Source: Acidobacteriota bacterium (GTDB lineage Bacteria; Acidobacteriota; Thermoanaerobaculia; Gp7-AA8). From it: DNA of 64,000 nucleotides. Positions 47,023 to 56,558 of this stretch are shown piece by piece. Positions within the stretch are counted from its first letter, which is position 1. Each line of letters begins with the position of its first letter. The DNA lies in contig JAFATB010000025.1 of NCBI GenBank assembly GCA_019244185.1, positions 160,001 through 224,000 on the forward strand, read 5' to 3'. The translations under genes and the position numbers were made by a program. The notes under the pieces were generated by a model that did not search any database, was not told where the DNA came from, and worked only from the letters and a program-made list of their open reading frames with translations.

Positions 47023-48522
47023 TACCGCCCACCGCCCTCTCCCCGCGCGCTTCGCCTCGTACAGCGCCGCGTCCGCGCGCTGCTGCAGCGTTGCCGGCGT
47101 GTCGCCTTCGCGCGCGCAGGCGATGCCGCACGAGGCGCCGAGCATCCGCGTCGCGCCGCTGTAGCGGAAGGGAGTCGTCGCGAGACGGTCGTAGACCGAG
47201 GCGATGACCTGCTCCGCTTCGGCGAGGCTCGCGCGCGGGAAGAAGACGCCGAACTCGTCGCCGCCGAGGCGCGCGAAGATATCGGCGGGGCGCAGCTCTT
47301 TCTGGACGAGGCGGACGAACGTGCGCAGCGCGGCGTCGCCGGCGGCGTGTCCGAGCTCGTCGTTGATCGGCTTGAAGTAATCGAGGTCGAGCAGCGCGAG
47401 CGTGCCGCCGTCACCGATGCATTCGGCGAGCAGCTCGTCGAAACGGCGGCGGTTGACGATGCCGGTGAGCGCGTCGTGCGTGGCGAGCCGGCGCAGCTCT
47501 TCTTCGTCCGCGACGTCGTGCAGCGTGAGGATCGTCGACGTCTCGGCCTCGCCTGCAAAGCGGAACGGCACGCCGCTCGCGTCGTAGGGACGTTGCTTCA
47601 GCTCGACGCGCCGCGCCTCGAAGCGTTCCGAGCCGCGCCACCAGTCGCCGAGGAGCGGCGTGACGTCGGCGCCGAAATAGAGCTCGCCGAAGAGCTCCTC
47701 GGCGGCGCGGTTCGCGTAGAGCAGCTTCTGTTGCGCGCTGAGGATCAGCACCGCGTCCGGCACCGCATCGAATGCGGCTTTGAGGTAATGCTGCTCGGTG
47801 ACGTCCTCGAGGATGAGATACGCGTACGACGTCTCCTCGTGCTCGACCGTGTAGCAGCGCACGTTGGCCATGCGCGCGGCGCCGTCGACGTAGTGGACGG
47901 AGTACCACGCGGTGCCCGCGCCGCGCGCGACGAGCTGGTCGATGCGCTCCGGCTGCGAGAACTCGATGAGGCTGAAGAGATTCCGGTCGGTGGCGTAGTC
48001 GCTGCCGGTGACGAACTGCCGGCGGAACGCGTCGCTGCCGTCGACGATCTGCCGCGTCGTGCGGTCGACGAGCACGGACGGCAGCGGCGACGCGCGCAGG
48101 ACGTTCTGGAAGAGATTCTCCGCGTGCCGTTTCGCGCGGCGGTCCTGCGCCTGCTGCAACTCGCGCTCGACCGCGACGGCCAGGCGCGTCAGGCGATGCT
48201 TGAGAAGGTAATCGTGCGCGCCGCCTTTCATCAGCTCGACCGCGGTCTCCTCGCCGATCGCGCCGGAGACGACGAGGAACGGCAGGTCGAGGCGGTGCAT
48301 GCGATAGACGTCGAGCGCTTCCGGCGCGCTGAAGCGGGGCAGGTGATAGTCGCTGATGATCGCGTCCCACGCGGTGCCGTCGAGGAGCGCCGTCTCGAAG
48401 TCGTCGCGCGTCTCGACGCGCGTGACGTTCGGATCGAAGCCGCCGCGGCGCAGCTCGAGCGTGAGATGCGCGGCGTCGAGATCGGAGTCCTCGATGAGCA
48501 GCAGGCGCAGCGGCTTGGTCAT
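46981..48522 (-). CDS. REC-PAS-GGDEF diguanylate cyclase
   Basis: LLIEDS, ISDYHLP, HDALTG, DLDYFKPIND and ARLGGDEF. Confidence 0.92.
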   Translation of the reverse strand: MTKPLRLLLIEDSDLDAAHLTLELRRGGFDPNVTRVETRDDFETALLDGTAWDAIISDYHLPRFSAPEALDVYRMHRLDLPFLVVSGAIGEETAVELMKGGAHDYLLKHRLTRLAVAVERELQQAQDRRAKRHAENLFQNVLRASPLPSVLVDRTTRQIVDGSDAFRRQFVTGSDYATDRNLFSLIEFSQPERIDQLVARGAGTAWYSVHYVDGAARMANVRCYTVEHEETSYAYLILEDVTEQHYLKAAFDAVPDAVLILSAQQKLLYANRAAEELFGELYFGADVTPLLGDWWRGSERFEARRVELKQRPYDASGVPFRFAGEAETSTILTLHDVADEEELRRLATHDALTGIVNRRRFDELLAECIGDGGTLALLDLDYFKPINDELGHAAGDAALRTFVRLVQKELRPADIFARLGGDEFGVFFPRASLAEAEQVIASVYDRLATTPFRYSGATRMLGASCGIACAREGDTPATLQQRADAALYEAKRAGRGRWAVEKMNEERRTQNAE

Positions 48523-49862
48523 GCAGCCGCGACGTCACCCGTGGTGAAAAACACCGTCGCTCCCTTCTCCACCTCGCCCTCCGCCCACGCCCGCCCGCCG
48601 TGGCGCTCGACGATCTTCTGCACCGTCGCCAGGCCGATGCCGGTGCCCTCGAACTCGCGCGCCGAATGCAGCCGCTGGAACGGGCGGAACATCTTCGCGG
48701 CGTGCGACGGATCGAAGCCCGCGCCGTTGTCGCGCACGTAGTACGCGCCGCCGGCGACGCCGAACTCGATGTGCGCCTCGTCGCGGTTACGCGTGAACTT
48801 CCACGCGTTGGCCATCAGGTTCTCGATGACCGCGCGCAGCAGGCGCTCGTCGCCGACGGCGCGCACGCTGTCGCGGATGTCGAACGTCACCGCGCGCGCG
48901 GGATTCGACTGCCGCAGCGAGTCGGCCACGCTCTGCGCGATGCGGCTGAGGTCCACCGGTTGCCGCTGCACGTCGAGCCGCGCGATGCGCGACATCTGCA
49001 GCAGCCCGTCGATGAGATCGCGCATCTGCCGGCAGCCCTCGCGGATCCAGCCGAGGTATTCGCGCGCGGTGTCGTCGAAGAGCTGCTTGTAGTCCATCTC
49101 CAGCGCCTGCGTGAAGCCGTCGATGGAGCCGAGCGGCGCGCGGAGATCGTGCGAGACGGAGAACGCGAACGCCTCGAGGTCTTTGTTCGCGGCTTCGAGC
49201 TCGATGGTGCGGCGGCGCAGCGTGAGCTCGCGCTCGTGCATCTGCGCGAGCAGGTCGTTGATCGCGCGCGAGAGACGTCCCAGTCCGTCGGGAACGTGCA
49301 GCGAGTACGACTGCTCGTGCGCCGCGCGATCGAGGACGTCGGCGGTCTGCGCGAGCGGCCTCGCCGCGGCGCGCGCGACGAGCTTGCCCGTCAGCACGCC
49401 GGCGAGCAGCGCGCCCAGCGCGGCGATGCCGAGAAGAAGGAGCGAGCGCGCGACCGCGGGCGCGAGCACGTCGGGCGTCGACTCGAGACAGAGCGTCGCC
49501 GGTCCGCCGCCGAACACGACCCCGCTGCAGGCCACCTGCGTCGGGAAGAGGCGCTGCGTGAGCGCGCGGAAGCGCGCCTCGTGCGGCGGGCGCTGGTAGT
49601 CGGCCACGCGCTCGCCGGTGGCTCGGTAGAGCTTCGCGGAGTCGACGACCGGCACCGCGTCGAGCGACGCGAGGAGCGGCGCGGGGTCGGAGCTCGTCGC
49701 GACGGCGGCGGAGACGATCGACGTCGCCGAGGCGAGGTCGCGTTTCGCCGACTGCTTCGCCTCGCCGATGACGAGCAGCGCTGCCGCCACGCCCGCGCCG
49801 AGAGCGATCGTCAGCGCGAGCGCGGCCATCGCGAGCGGAGCGAGTTTGTCGACGGAACGCAT
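48519..49862 (-). CDS. membrane sensor histidine kinase
   Basis: Two TMs, SVSHDLRAPL, NAWKFT, DNGAGF and GTGIGL. Confidence 0.92.
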   Translation of the reverse strand: MRSVDKLAPLAMAALALTIALGAGVAAALLVIGEAKQSAKRDLASATSIVSAAVATSSDPAPLLASLDAVPVVDSAKLYRATGERVADYQRPPHEARFRALTQRLFPTQVACSGVVFGGGPATLCLESTPDVLAPAVARSLLLLGIAALGALLAGVLTGKLVARAAARPLAQTADVLDRAAHEQSYSLHVPDGLGRLSRAINDLLAQMHERELTLRRRTIELEAANKDLEAFAFSVSHDLRAPLGSIDGFTQALEMDYKQLFDDTAREYLGWIREGCRQMRDLIDGLLQMSRIARLDVQRQPVDLSRIAQSVADSLRQSNPARAVTFDIRDSVRAVGDERLLRAVIENLMANAWKFTRNRDEAHIEFGVAGGAYYVRDNGAGFDPSHAAKMFRPFQRLHSAREFEGTGIGLATVQKIVERHGGRAWAEGEVEKGATVFFTTGDVAAA

Positions 49863-49941
49863 GATCGCGGGCGCATGACGCGCGTTTTTCGAGCGTCGCG
49901 TGCAAGAACTTCGCCGCGCACGCGCGCCCGCGATCGTGACC

Positions 49942-50490
49942 CTACGCCGTCGCCGTGACCGTCGCGCCGGGCGACGGGCTGCGCCTCCGCAGAATCGCCG
50001 CCGAGACGAGCGTGATCACGAGCCCCACCGGGAACGGCTCGATGAACACCGCCGCCGCGTTCGTGACCGGGTTGTCGAGCGTGGCTTTCATCCGCGCCAT
50101 CTCGGCGCGCTTCGCCGCGATCTGCGCTTCGGTCGCGCCCGCGCGCTGCATGTCCTTCACCTGGCTCGCGGTGTAGCGCTCCACGAAGTCGGGCATGAAG
50201 TTGAAGTAGATCACCTCCCACGTCGCGACGTAGAAGACGCACGAGATGAGCGTGATCAGGATGCCCACCGCGAACCCTCGGCCGAACGTGATCGTGCCGC
50301 CGTGGTTGTCGCGATACGTGCGGATGCCGAAGAACACCAGCAGCAGCGACAGCACGATGGCCGTGTAGCCGATGACCAGCCCCGTGTCGTTGTTGATGAT
50401 GTCTTTGTGGGCAAGCGGCATGGTGATGCACATCAGGCCGGACGAGATGACGCCGGAGATCAGGCCGAAGATCAGGACGATGCGTTTCAT
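49942..50490 (-). CDS. DUF4199-like membrane protein
   Basis: FFGIRTYRD..GGTITFGRGF..G, FMPDF and FPVGLVITL. Confidence 0.8.
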   Translation of the reverse strand: MKRIVLIFGLISGVISSGLMCITMPLAHKDIINNDTGLVIGYTAIVLSLLLVFFGIRTYRDNHGGTITFGRGFAVGILITLISCVFYVATWEVIYFNFMPDFVERYTASQVKDMQRAGATEAQIAAKRAEMARMKATLDNPVTNAAAVFIEPFPVGLVITLVSAAILRRRSPSPGATVTATA

Positions 50491-50547
50491 CGGTTTCGTT
50501 TCCTCGCTTTCGGCGCCCATCGTGAGGGCGCGGGCCGCTCGTTGTCG

Positions 50548-50585
50548 TCACCCGTTCGGGTGATTTCGGGTCAACCAACGGGTGA
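50548..50585. promoter_or_regulatory. tandem palindromic operator, probably for the adjacent LuxR protein
   Basis: TCACCCG-TT-CGGGTGA at 50548-50563 and a degenerate copy TCAACCAACGGGTGA at 50571-50585, upstream of the DUF4199 gene. Confidence 0.6.
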
Positions 50586-50597
50586 TTCGCACTCGAT

Positions 50598-51071
50598 TCA
50601 CGGGATGAGACCCAGACTCTTCGCCTTCTGCACGGCGTGCATGCGGCGGTTGACGCTCATCTTCTCGAAGAGCCGCGACGAGTGCGTCTTGACGGTGTTC
50701 TCCGAGACGAAGAGCTTCTCGGCGATCTCGCGGTTGCTCAGACCCTCGGCGATGAGGCCGAGGATTTCGTGCTCGCGCTGCGTGATCCCGAGCTCGCGGA
50801 GACGCTCGGCGTTGAGGACGAACGGTTCGCTCAGAGCAGCGGAGACCACCGGCGCCGGCGCCGGCACCTCGACCTCCTTCACCACCACGATCTCCTTCGG
50901 CCGCGTCCAGCGCAGCCCGAAGTAGATGCCGAGGGCCGTGAAGAGGATCGCCACGAGTCCGCCGTACAGCTCGGACGGATACTCGTGGATGAAATGCTTG
51001 TACTCGATGACCTTGAGGAACGCGATCAGCACGCCGCCGACGACGCCATAGAGGAGGACCCGTTTCGCCAC
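50598..51071 (-). CDS. membrane-anchored LuxR-family regulator
   Basis: Two N-terminal TMs. ITQREHEIL..IAEGLSNREIAEKLFVSENTVKTH. Confidence 0.9.
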   Translation of the reverse strand: MAKRVLLYGVVGGVLIAFLKVIEYKHFIHEYPSELYGGLVAILFTALGIYFGLRWTRPKEIVVVKEVEVPAPAPVVSAALSEPFVLNAERLRELGITQREHEILGLIAEGLSNREIAEKLFVSENTVKTHSSRLFEKMSVNRRMHAVQKAKSLGLIP

Positions 51072-51171
51072 GCGGCGATTATCGCAAGGCGCACGCGTCC
51101 GCGCGCGCGTGTTGCATGACATGCTTCTTGCAGCGCCCGCCTCAGCACTTCGGCTCGGGTTGAATGCAGTG

Positions 51172-52098
51172 ATGAACGGATCGCGGGCAGCTCGCCTGCT
51201 TCTCGGCCTCGCAACGAGCGCGCTCGCGTTGCGCTGCAGCGACGAGCGGCAGGCGGTCGCGGCGAATCCGCCGCGCATCGAGCTCCGCGCCACCGTCGCC
51301 AATCCGCAAACCGCCTCCGCCGTCGCGTCGATCGACGGCCGCATCGCGACGCTCGCCGTTGCCGAAGGCGCGCACGTCGAGCAAGGGCAGCTCCTGGCGA
51401 CGCTCGTCAATCCGTCCATCGAACGCGACCTCGCCTACGCGCGCGCGCAGGTCGCCGTCGCCGAACAGCGCCTCCGCGACGCGCGCAAGCCGATCGCCAC
51501 GTCCCTCATCCTCGGCGATGCCGGCGCCCGCGAGCGCGCATCGCAGGAGATCCTCAAGAACCGCGAGGCGCGCCGCGACCGCTACCGCGAGCTCTACGCG
51601 ACGCACGACGTGTCGAAGGAAGAGCTCGAGAACGCGGAGAACGAATACGCCGCCGCGCTCCGCGACTGGCTCGGCGAGCACGAGCGCGCGTCGATGAAGG
51701 TCGTGAGCACCGATACGAGCGTGCTGCAGCTCGAACTGGAGAAGGCGAAGGCGGAAGAGGCGTTCGTCGCCGACCGCAAGACGCTCCTCAACGTGACCGC
51801 GCCCCTCGCCGGCACCGTCACCCGCGTCCCCGTCCACCTCGGCGACAACGTCTTCACCCGCGACGCGATCGCCGACATCGCCAACACCCGCACCGCCGAG
51901 CTCCACGCCCCCATCGCCCCCGAGCTGACGAAGTACGTGCCCCCCGGCACGCTGGTGGAAGTCAAGGTGTTGACCGTCCCCCCTCGCGTGTTTCGCGTGC
52001 CCGTGAAGAGTGCGGCGAATGGAACGCTAGTCGTGGAAGTACCGAACCCCGAAGGGGCGGTGACGGGAGGGATGGGAGCGGTGGTGACGGTCAAATGA
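51172..52098 (+). CDS. HlyD/membrane-fusion periplasmic adaptor
   Basis: Split lipoyl motifs GRIATLAVAEGAHVEQGQLL and APLAGTVT around a coiled coil. Confidence 0.82.
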   Translation: MNGSRAARLLLGLATSALALRCSDERQAVAANPPRIELRATVANPQTASAVASIDGRIATLAVAEGAHVEQGQLLATLVNPSIERDLAYARAQVAVAEQRLRDARKPIATSLILGDAGARERASQEILKNREARRDRYRELYATHDVSKEELENAENEYAAALRDWLGEHERASMKVVSTDTSVLQLELEKAKAEEAFVADRKTLLNVTAPLAGTVTRVPVHLGDNVFTRDAIADIANTRTAELHAPIAPELTKYVPPGTLVEVKVLTVPPRVFRVPVKSAANGTLVVEVPNPEGAVTGGMGAVVTVK

Positions 52099-53486
52099 AA
52101 AAGCTGAATGAAGAATGCAGAACGCAGAATGAAGAATTGAGAAAGGGGAGCCCCAAGGCGCGAAGCGTCGTTCCCTTTTCTTCATTCTTCATTCTGCGTT
52201 CTGCATTCTTCATTCAGCTTTGTCTCCTCCCCCTCTCCGCCACAGCCGCTCCCCTCACCTTCCCCGCCGCGCTCGAACGCGCCATGCATCTGCGCGCGTC
52301 TGCTTCCACCTTCGCCGATCATGCGCAGGCGCTCGAGGGGCTGAACTTTCGCACGCTGCCGACGGTTCGCGCGGAGTCGGGGTTCAGCAGCGCGGAGAAT
52401 CTGAACCTCATCGCGCAGAACGTCACGCGCTTCGATGCGTTCACGGCGCTGATCAACGTCGACTATCCGTTGCTCAACGGCGGTGCGGATCGGCGGCATG
52501 TCGACGAGCTGAAAGCGGACGCGCAGATTCTGCGGCGGCGCGCCCTCGATGAGGCCGAGGACGTGTTTCGCGAGACGCTCGAAGCGTTCTCGGAGCTGTA
52601 CATCGCCGAGAAGCGCATGCAGTTGCTCGGAGACGGCTCGAAGCGCGCGGCGGAGCTGCGCGAGCGCGCCCACACGATGCTCGAGGCGGGACAGATCTCG
52701 AATGTCACCGCCGCGCAGTGGCAGGACGCGGCGCTCGCCGCCGAGTCGCAGATGGTCGACCTTCAGCTGCAGCGGCTCGAAGCGGAGACGCGCGTGAAGC
52801 AGCTCATCGGCGACACGGGTCAGGACGCGCTCGAAGTCTCGATCGATCTCGACGACCAGCCGATGCTGCGCGAGATCAAAGTCGACCAGCTCGTCGAGGC
52901 CGACGCCGCGGTCGCGACCGCGGAGCTCGTCGAGAACCGCAAGCGTCTCGCGCTCGAAGAAGCGATGGCGCTGCGCAAGCCGCAGGTGCTCCTCTCCGCG
53001 TTCGGCGGCGTGGCGTCCGTGCCGTCGACGTACAACACCGACGCGTCGAGCGGCACCTTCGGCATCTACGGCATGCGCGTCACGCTCGCCTTGCCGATGT
53101 TCGATGCCGCGGCCGCGCGCCGCGTCGCCGAGGCGCGGCTCGATCTCGAGGAAGCGCAGCGCGTCCGCAACGTCACCGCGGTCGCGACGCGCAACCGCAT
53201 CGACCTGCTCTGGCTCGCGGTCGCCGCGGCGGACCGTCGCATCGCGCTGCTCTCCGAAGCGGTCAACGTCGCACGCGAACGCGAGCAATCCGTCGCGCGG
53301 CTCGTCACCGCCGGCGTGCGTCCGGAAGCCGATCTCGTCGACGCGTCGAACGCGCTGGCGCGGCGCGAGAGCGATCTCCTCGCCGTGCGCGTCGACCGCT
53401 GGAAGCTGCAGCAGCGCGTGAAGTGGGGCGGCGCGGCGGTGTCGCAGGGCAGCTTCCTTGCGAAGACGCCGCCGGGTTTCCCGTGA
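52095..53486 (+). CDS. TolC-like outer-membrane protein
   Basis: PLTFPAALERA, LPTV, YPLLNGG and LPMFD in repeated TolC halves. ATGA-coupled to the adaptor. Confidence 0.78.
   Translation: MKKLNEECRTQNEELRKGSPKARSVVPFSSFFILRSAFFIQLCLLPLSATAAPLTFPAALERAMHLRASASTFADHAQALEGLNFRTLPTVRAESGFSSAENLNLIAQNVTRFDAFTALINVDYPLLNGGADRRHVDELKADAQILRRRALDEAEDVFRETLEAFSELYIAEKRMQLLGDGSKRAAELRERAHTMLEAGQISNVTAAQWQDAALAAESQMVDLQLQRLEAETRVKQLIGDTGQDALEVSIDLDDQPMLREIKVDQLVEADAAVATAELVENRKRLALEEAMALRKPQVLLSAFGGVASVPSTYNTDASSGTFGIYGMRVTLALPMFDAAAARRVAEARLDLEEAQRVRNVTAVATRNRIDLLWLAVAAADRRIALLSEAVNVAREREQSVARLVTAGVRPEADLVDASNALARRESDLLAVRVDRWKLQQRVKWGGAAVSQGSFLAKTPPGFP
52097..52221. mobile_element. empty copy C of the heptamer palindromic element, inside the tolC-like 5' end
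   Basis: Left arm 52097-52144 is 47/48 identical to 18723-18770. Inverted arm at about 52172-52221, with about 22 nt of loop. Confidence 0.75.
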
Positions 53487-54961
53487 TGCTCTCGGTGCTC
53501 ATGACCACCGAGGGGACGTACCCGTACAGCGCGGGCGGCGTCAGTACGTGGTGCGATGCGCTGCTGCGCAACACGCCGGAAGTGCGCTGGACGCTGCTGC
53601 CGCTGATGATGAACCCGCACATCGAGCAGACGTTCGAGCCGCCGCACAACGTGCGCAAGGTGCTCGATGTGCCGCTGTGGGGCATCGAAGAGCCGGCGGA
53701 GTTCAGCGACATCCCGTTCGCGCAGCTCTACGACCGCAAGCGCCGCACGACGACGGACGCGATCACGCGCGAGTTCCTGCCACCCTTTCGCGAGTTGCTT
53801 CGCGTCATCTGCGGACATCCCGGCGATGCGCCGGCGTTCGGCCGCGTGCTCGTCGCGCTCGAAGACTACTTCCGCGTCTACGACTACAACGAGACCTTCA
53901 AATCGCGGCCGGTGTGGGACGCGTTCCGCGAATCGGTCGAGCGCTTCAGCCGCGAGCAGATCGTGCGCGAGGCGCGGCCCGGTCCCGAGCATCAGCTGCC
54001 GTCGCTCTTCGATCTCACCGAGTCGCTGCGCTGGCTCTATCACTTCCTCATCGTGCTCAACGTGCGCGTGCCGAAGACGAGCGTCACGCATGCGACCGCC
54101 GCCGCGTTCTGCGGCATCCCGTGCATCACCGCGAAAGTGCGCCACGGCACGCCGATGCTGCTCACTGAGCACGGCGTCTACCTGCGCGAGCAGTACCTCT
54201 TCCTCTCGCGCTTCCGCCGCCTCTTCTTCTGCAAGCAGTTCCTGCTGAACCTCATCACCGCGGTCGTGCGCGCGAACTATCACTTCGCCGATCTCGTCGC
54301 GCCGGTCTGCCACTACAACACGCGCTGGGAAGTCGCGCACGAGACGCCGCCGCAGAAGATCCGCGTGATCTACAACGGCGTCGATCCCGATCGCTTCACG
54401 CCCGCGCCGAAAACGCACGGCGAGCCGCACGTCGTCGCCACGGCGCGCATCGATCCGCTGAAAGACATCGAGACGCTGCTGCGCGTCGCCGCGCGGCTGA
54501 AGACGACGCATCCGCGCGCGCGCTTCACGGTCTACGGCGCCGTCGCGGACGAGGCGTACTTCCGCCGCTGCGTCGCCCTGCAGAAGCACCTCGGCGTCAC
54601 CGACAGCGTGCACTTCGGCTCGGCCACCGACGACGTCGTGGCCGCGTATCGCGATGCCGACGTCGTACTGCTGACGAGCATCTCCGAGGCGTTCCCGTAC
54701 TCCGTGATTGAAGCGATGTCGTGCGAGAAGGCGGTGGTGGCGAGCGACGTCGGCGGCGTCGGCGAAGCGCTCGAAGGCTGCGGCGTGCTCGTGAAGCCGC
54801 GCGACGACGAGACGTTCGCCGCCGAAGTCGGCAAGCTTCTCGACGATCCTTCGCTCCGCACGCGCCTCGGCGCGAAGGCACGCGCGCGCGTGCTCGACGA
54901 GTTCCGCCTCGACCACACCATCGGGCGTTATCTCGAAACGTACCGGAGCCTCGCGGCATGA
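53486..54961 (+). CDS. pelF: PelF-like GT4 glycosyltransferase (DUF3492)
   Basis: TEGTYPYSAGGVSTW, LTEHGVY, ARIDPLKD and SISEAFPYSVIEAM. Confidence 0.85.
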   Translation: MLSVLMTTEGTYPYSAGGVSTWCDALLRNTPEVRWTLLPLMMNPHIEQTFEPPHNVRKVLDVPLWGIEEPAEFSDIPFAQLYDRKRRTTTDAITREFLPPFRELLRVICGHPGDAPAFGRVLVALEDYFRVYDYNETFKSRPVWDAFRESVERFSREQIVREARPGPEHQLPSLFDLTESLRWLYHFLIVLNVRVPKTSVTHATAAAFCGIPCITAKVRHGTPMLLTEHGVYLREQYLFLSRFRRLFFCKQFLLNLITAVVRANYHFADLVAPVCHYNTRWEVAHETPPQKIRVIYNGVDPDRFTPAPKTHGEPHVVATARIDPLKDIETLLRVAARLKTTHPRARFTVYGAVADEAYFRRCVALQKHLGVTDSVHFGSATDDVVAAYRDADVVLLTSISEAFPYSVIEAMSCEKAVVASDVGGVGEALEGCGVLVKPRDDETFAAEVGKLLDDPSLRTRLGAKARARVLDEFRLDHTIGRYLETYRSLAA

Positions 54962-56556
54962 GCGCGCATCCGCACGCATCCGCGGATGCCGTGCACGAGC
55001 TCGGGCAGCAGATCCTCGACCTCATCGGCATTCCGAAGGACGCGTGGGAGATCGCCGCGCAGCTCGAAGTCCTCGGCCTCCGCGACGCCGACGCGCGCGG
55101 CGACTACGGCGCGCGCGATCTGTTCGATTTGGCGCGGCGCATTTACGACGCCTTTCAGGAAGGCCGCTTCCGCTGGTTTGTGGAAGGAAGCGATGCCGGA
55201 GACACGGCCTCGCCGGTCGCGCGCTTCGTCCGGAATTACGTCACCGGCCTCACCTTCTCGCTGCCGATGGCGCTGCAGGCCGTGGCCATGCTCGCGTGGG
55301 GTTACGGCGTCTGGGGCGCGATCGACATGGACCTGCGCACCGGCTCGGCCATCGCGCTGGGATTCATCGCCAGCTACATCGTCACCGGCGGCTTCATGCA
55401 GAGCATCGTGCGCCGCGGACTGTTCTACGTCTATCAACAGGAAGAATGGCTCGCGCGCTGGACGGCGCTGCGCGCGTGGTCGATCGCGCTGCGCATCGTG
55501 CTCGGCCTGCTCGTGCCGGCGCTGCTGATCAACTTCCTCTTCGACATGCTGCCGTGGTCGATCGTGTTCACCGCGGCCGGCTACTACACCGCGCTGTCGG
55601 TGCTGTGGCTCAACTGGGCGCTGTTGTATCTCGTGCGGAAGACGTGGCTCTTCCTCGTCACGACCGCGATCGCGCTCGCGGCGGTGCTGGTCGCGGCGAA
55701 GCTGTTTCACGCGACGCCGATCGCCGCGAATGTGGTCGGTCTCACGGTGGCCGACGCGCTCAGCTTCGCGCTCGCGCTGCTCCATCTCAACCGCCTCGCG
55801 AATCGCAGCACGCGCACGAGCGCCGTCAATCCGCCGCGCCTGGCGGTGCTCGTCTACAGCACCTCGCGCTTCTTCATCTACGGCATGCTGTACAACACGT
55901 TCCTCTTCGCCGACCGGATCCTGGCGTGGACGTCGTCGACGGGACGCGAGGACTTTCCGCCGTACGGCTTCTGGCTCAACGTGCGGTACGAGCTCGGGAT
56001 GGACCTCGCGCTGATCGTGGTCATGCTGCTGAGCGGCGTCGTCGAGCACGCGGCGCAGCGCTTCTCCGAGTCGCTGATCCCCGACGAGAAACGCGTGAAG
56101 AGCCTCGACGCGCAGCGCTTCCTCGACGCCGCGCGCGCGACGCACGGCGCGCGGCAGCGCAGGCTCGGCGCGGCGTCCGCCGTCGCGCTGTTCGCCGCGG
56201 CGCTCGTGGCCATCGCGCTGCGCGGCTTGCCGTCGCTGCCGATCTACGACGCGCTGATCGCCACGACGACGACGCGCGTCTTCGTCGCCGCCGCGCTCGC
56301 GTACGTCGTGTTCCTCTTCGCGCTGCAGAACGTGCTCATGCTGCTGACGCTCTCGCGCGTCGAGCTGGTCGTGCGCGCGGTCGGCATCGCGCTCGTCGTG
56401 AACGTCACCGTCGGCTTCATCTGCAGCCGCGCCATCCACTACTCCGCCGCCGTCGCCGGACTCTGCGCCGGCGCGGTCGTCCTCGCCGTGCTCACCGAAC
56501 GCTCGATGCGCGCCGTCCTCGGCGCGCTCGACTATCACTACTACGCGGCCTACTGA
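54958..56556 (+). CDS. PelG-like polysaccharide transporter / membrane protein
   Basis: Many TMs, directly after pelF. LFADRILAW, YELGMD and terminal YYAAY. Assignment rests mainly on context. Confidence 0.6.
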   Translation: MSAHPHASADAVHELGQQILDLIGIPKDAWEIAAQLEVLGLRDADARGDYGARDLFDLARRIYDAFQEGRFRWFVEGSDAGDTASPVARFVRNYVTGLTFSLPMALQAVAMLAWGYGVWGAIDMDLRTGSAIALGFIASYIVTGGFMQSIVRRGLFYVYQQEEWLARWTALRAWSIALRIVLGLLVPALLINFLFDMLPWSIVFTAAGYYTALSVLWLNWALLYLVRKTWLFLVTTAIALAAVLVAAKLFHATPIAANVVGLTVADALSFALALLHLNRLANRSTRTSAVNPPRLAVLVYSTSRFFIYGMLYNTFLFADRILAWTSSTGREDFPPYGFWLNVRYELGMDLALIVVMLLSGVVEHAAQRFSESLIPDEKRVKSLDAQRFLDAARATHGARQRRLGAASAVALFAAALVAIALRGLPSLPIYDALIATTTTRVFVAAALAYVVFLFALQNVLMLLTLSRVELVVRAVGIALVVNVTVGFICSRAIHYSAAVAGLCAGAVVLAVLTERSMRAVLGALDYHYYAAY

Positions 56557-56558
56557 CG

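Noticed and set aside
46830-47207. Short ORFs such as MKNAERRMKNEE and MKNAERRTQNEE
   Set aside because: These are translations of the heptamer arms, not independent genes.
46894-52221. CRISPR array or classical IS interpretation of the repeats
   Set aside because: The units are 7-bp tandem repeats in inverted arms with no unique spacers. No cas or transposase gene and no clear target-site duplication was found.
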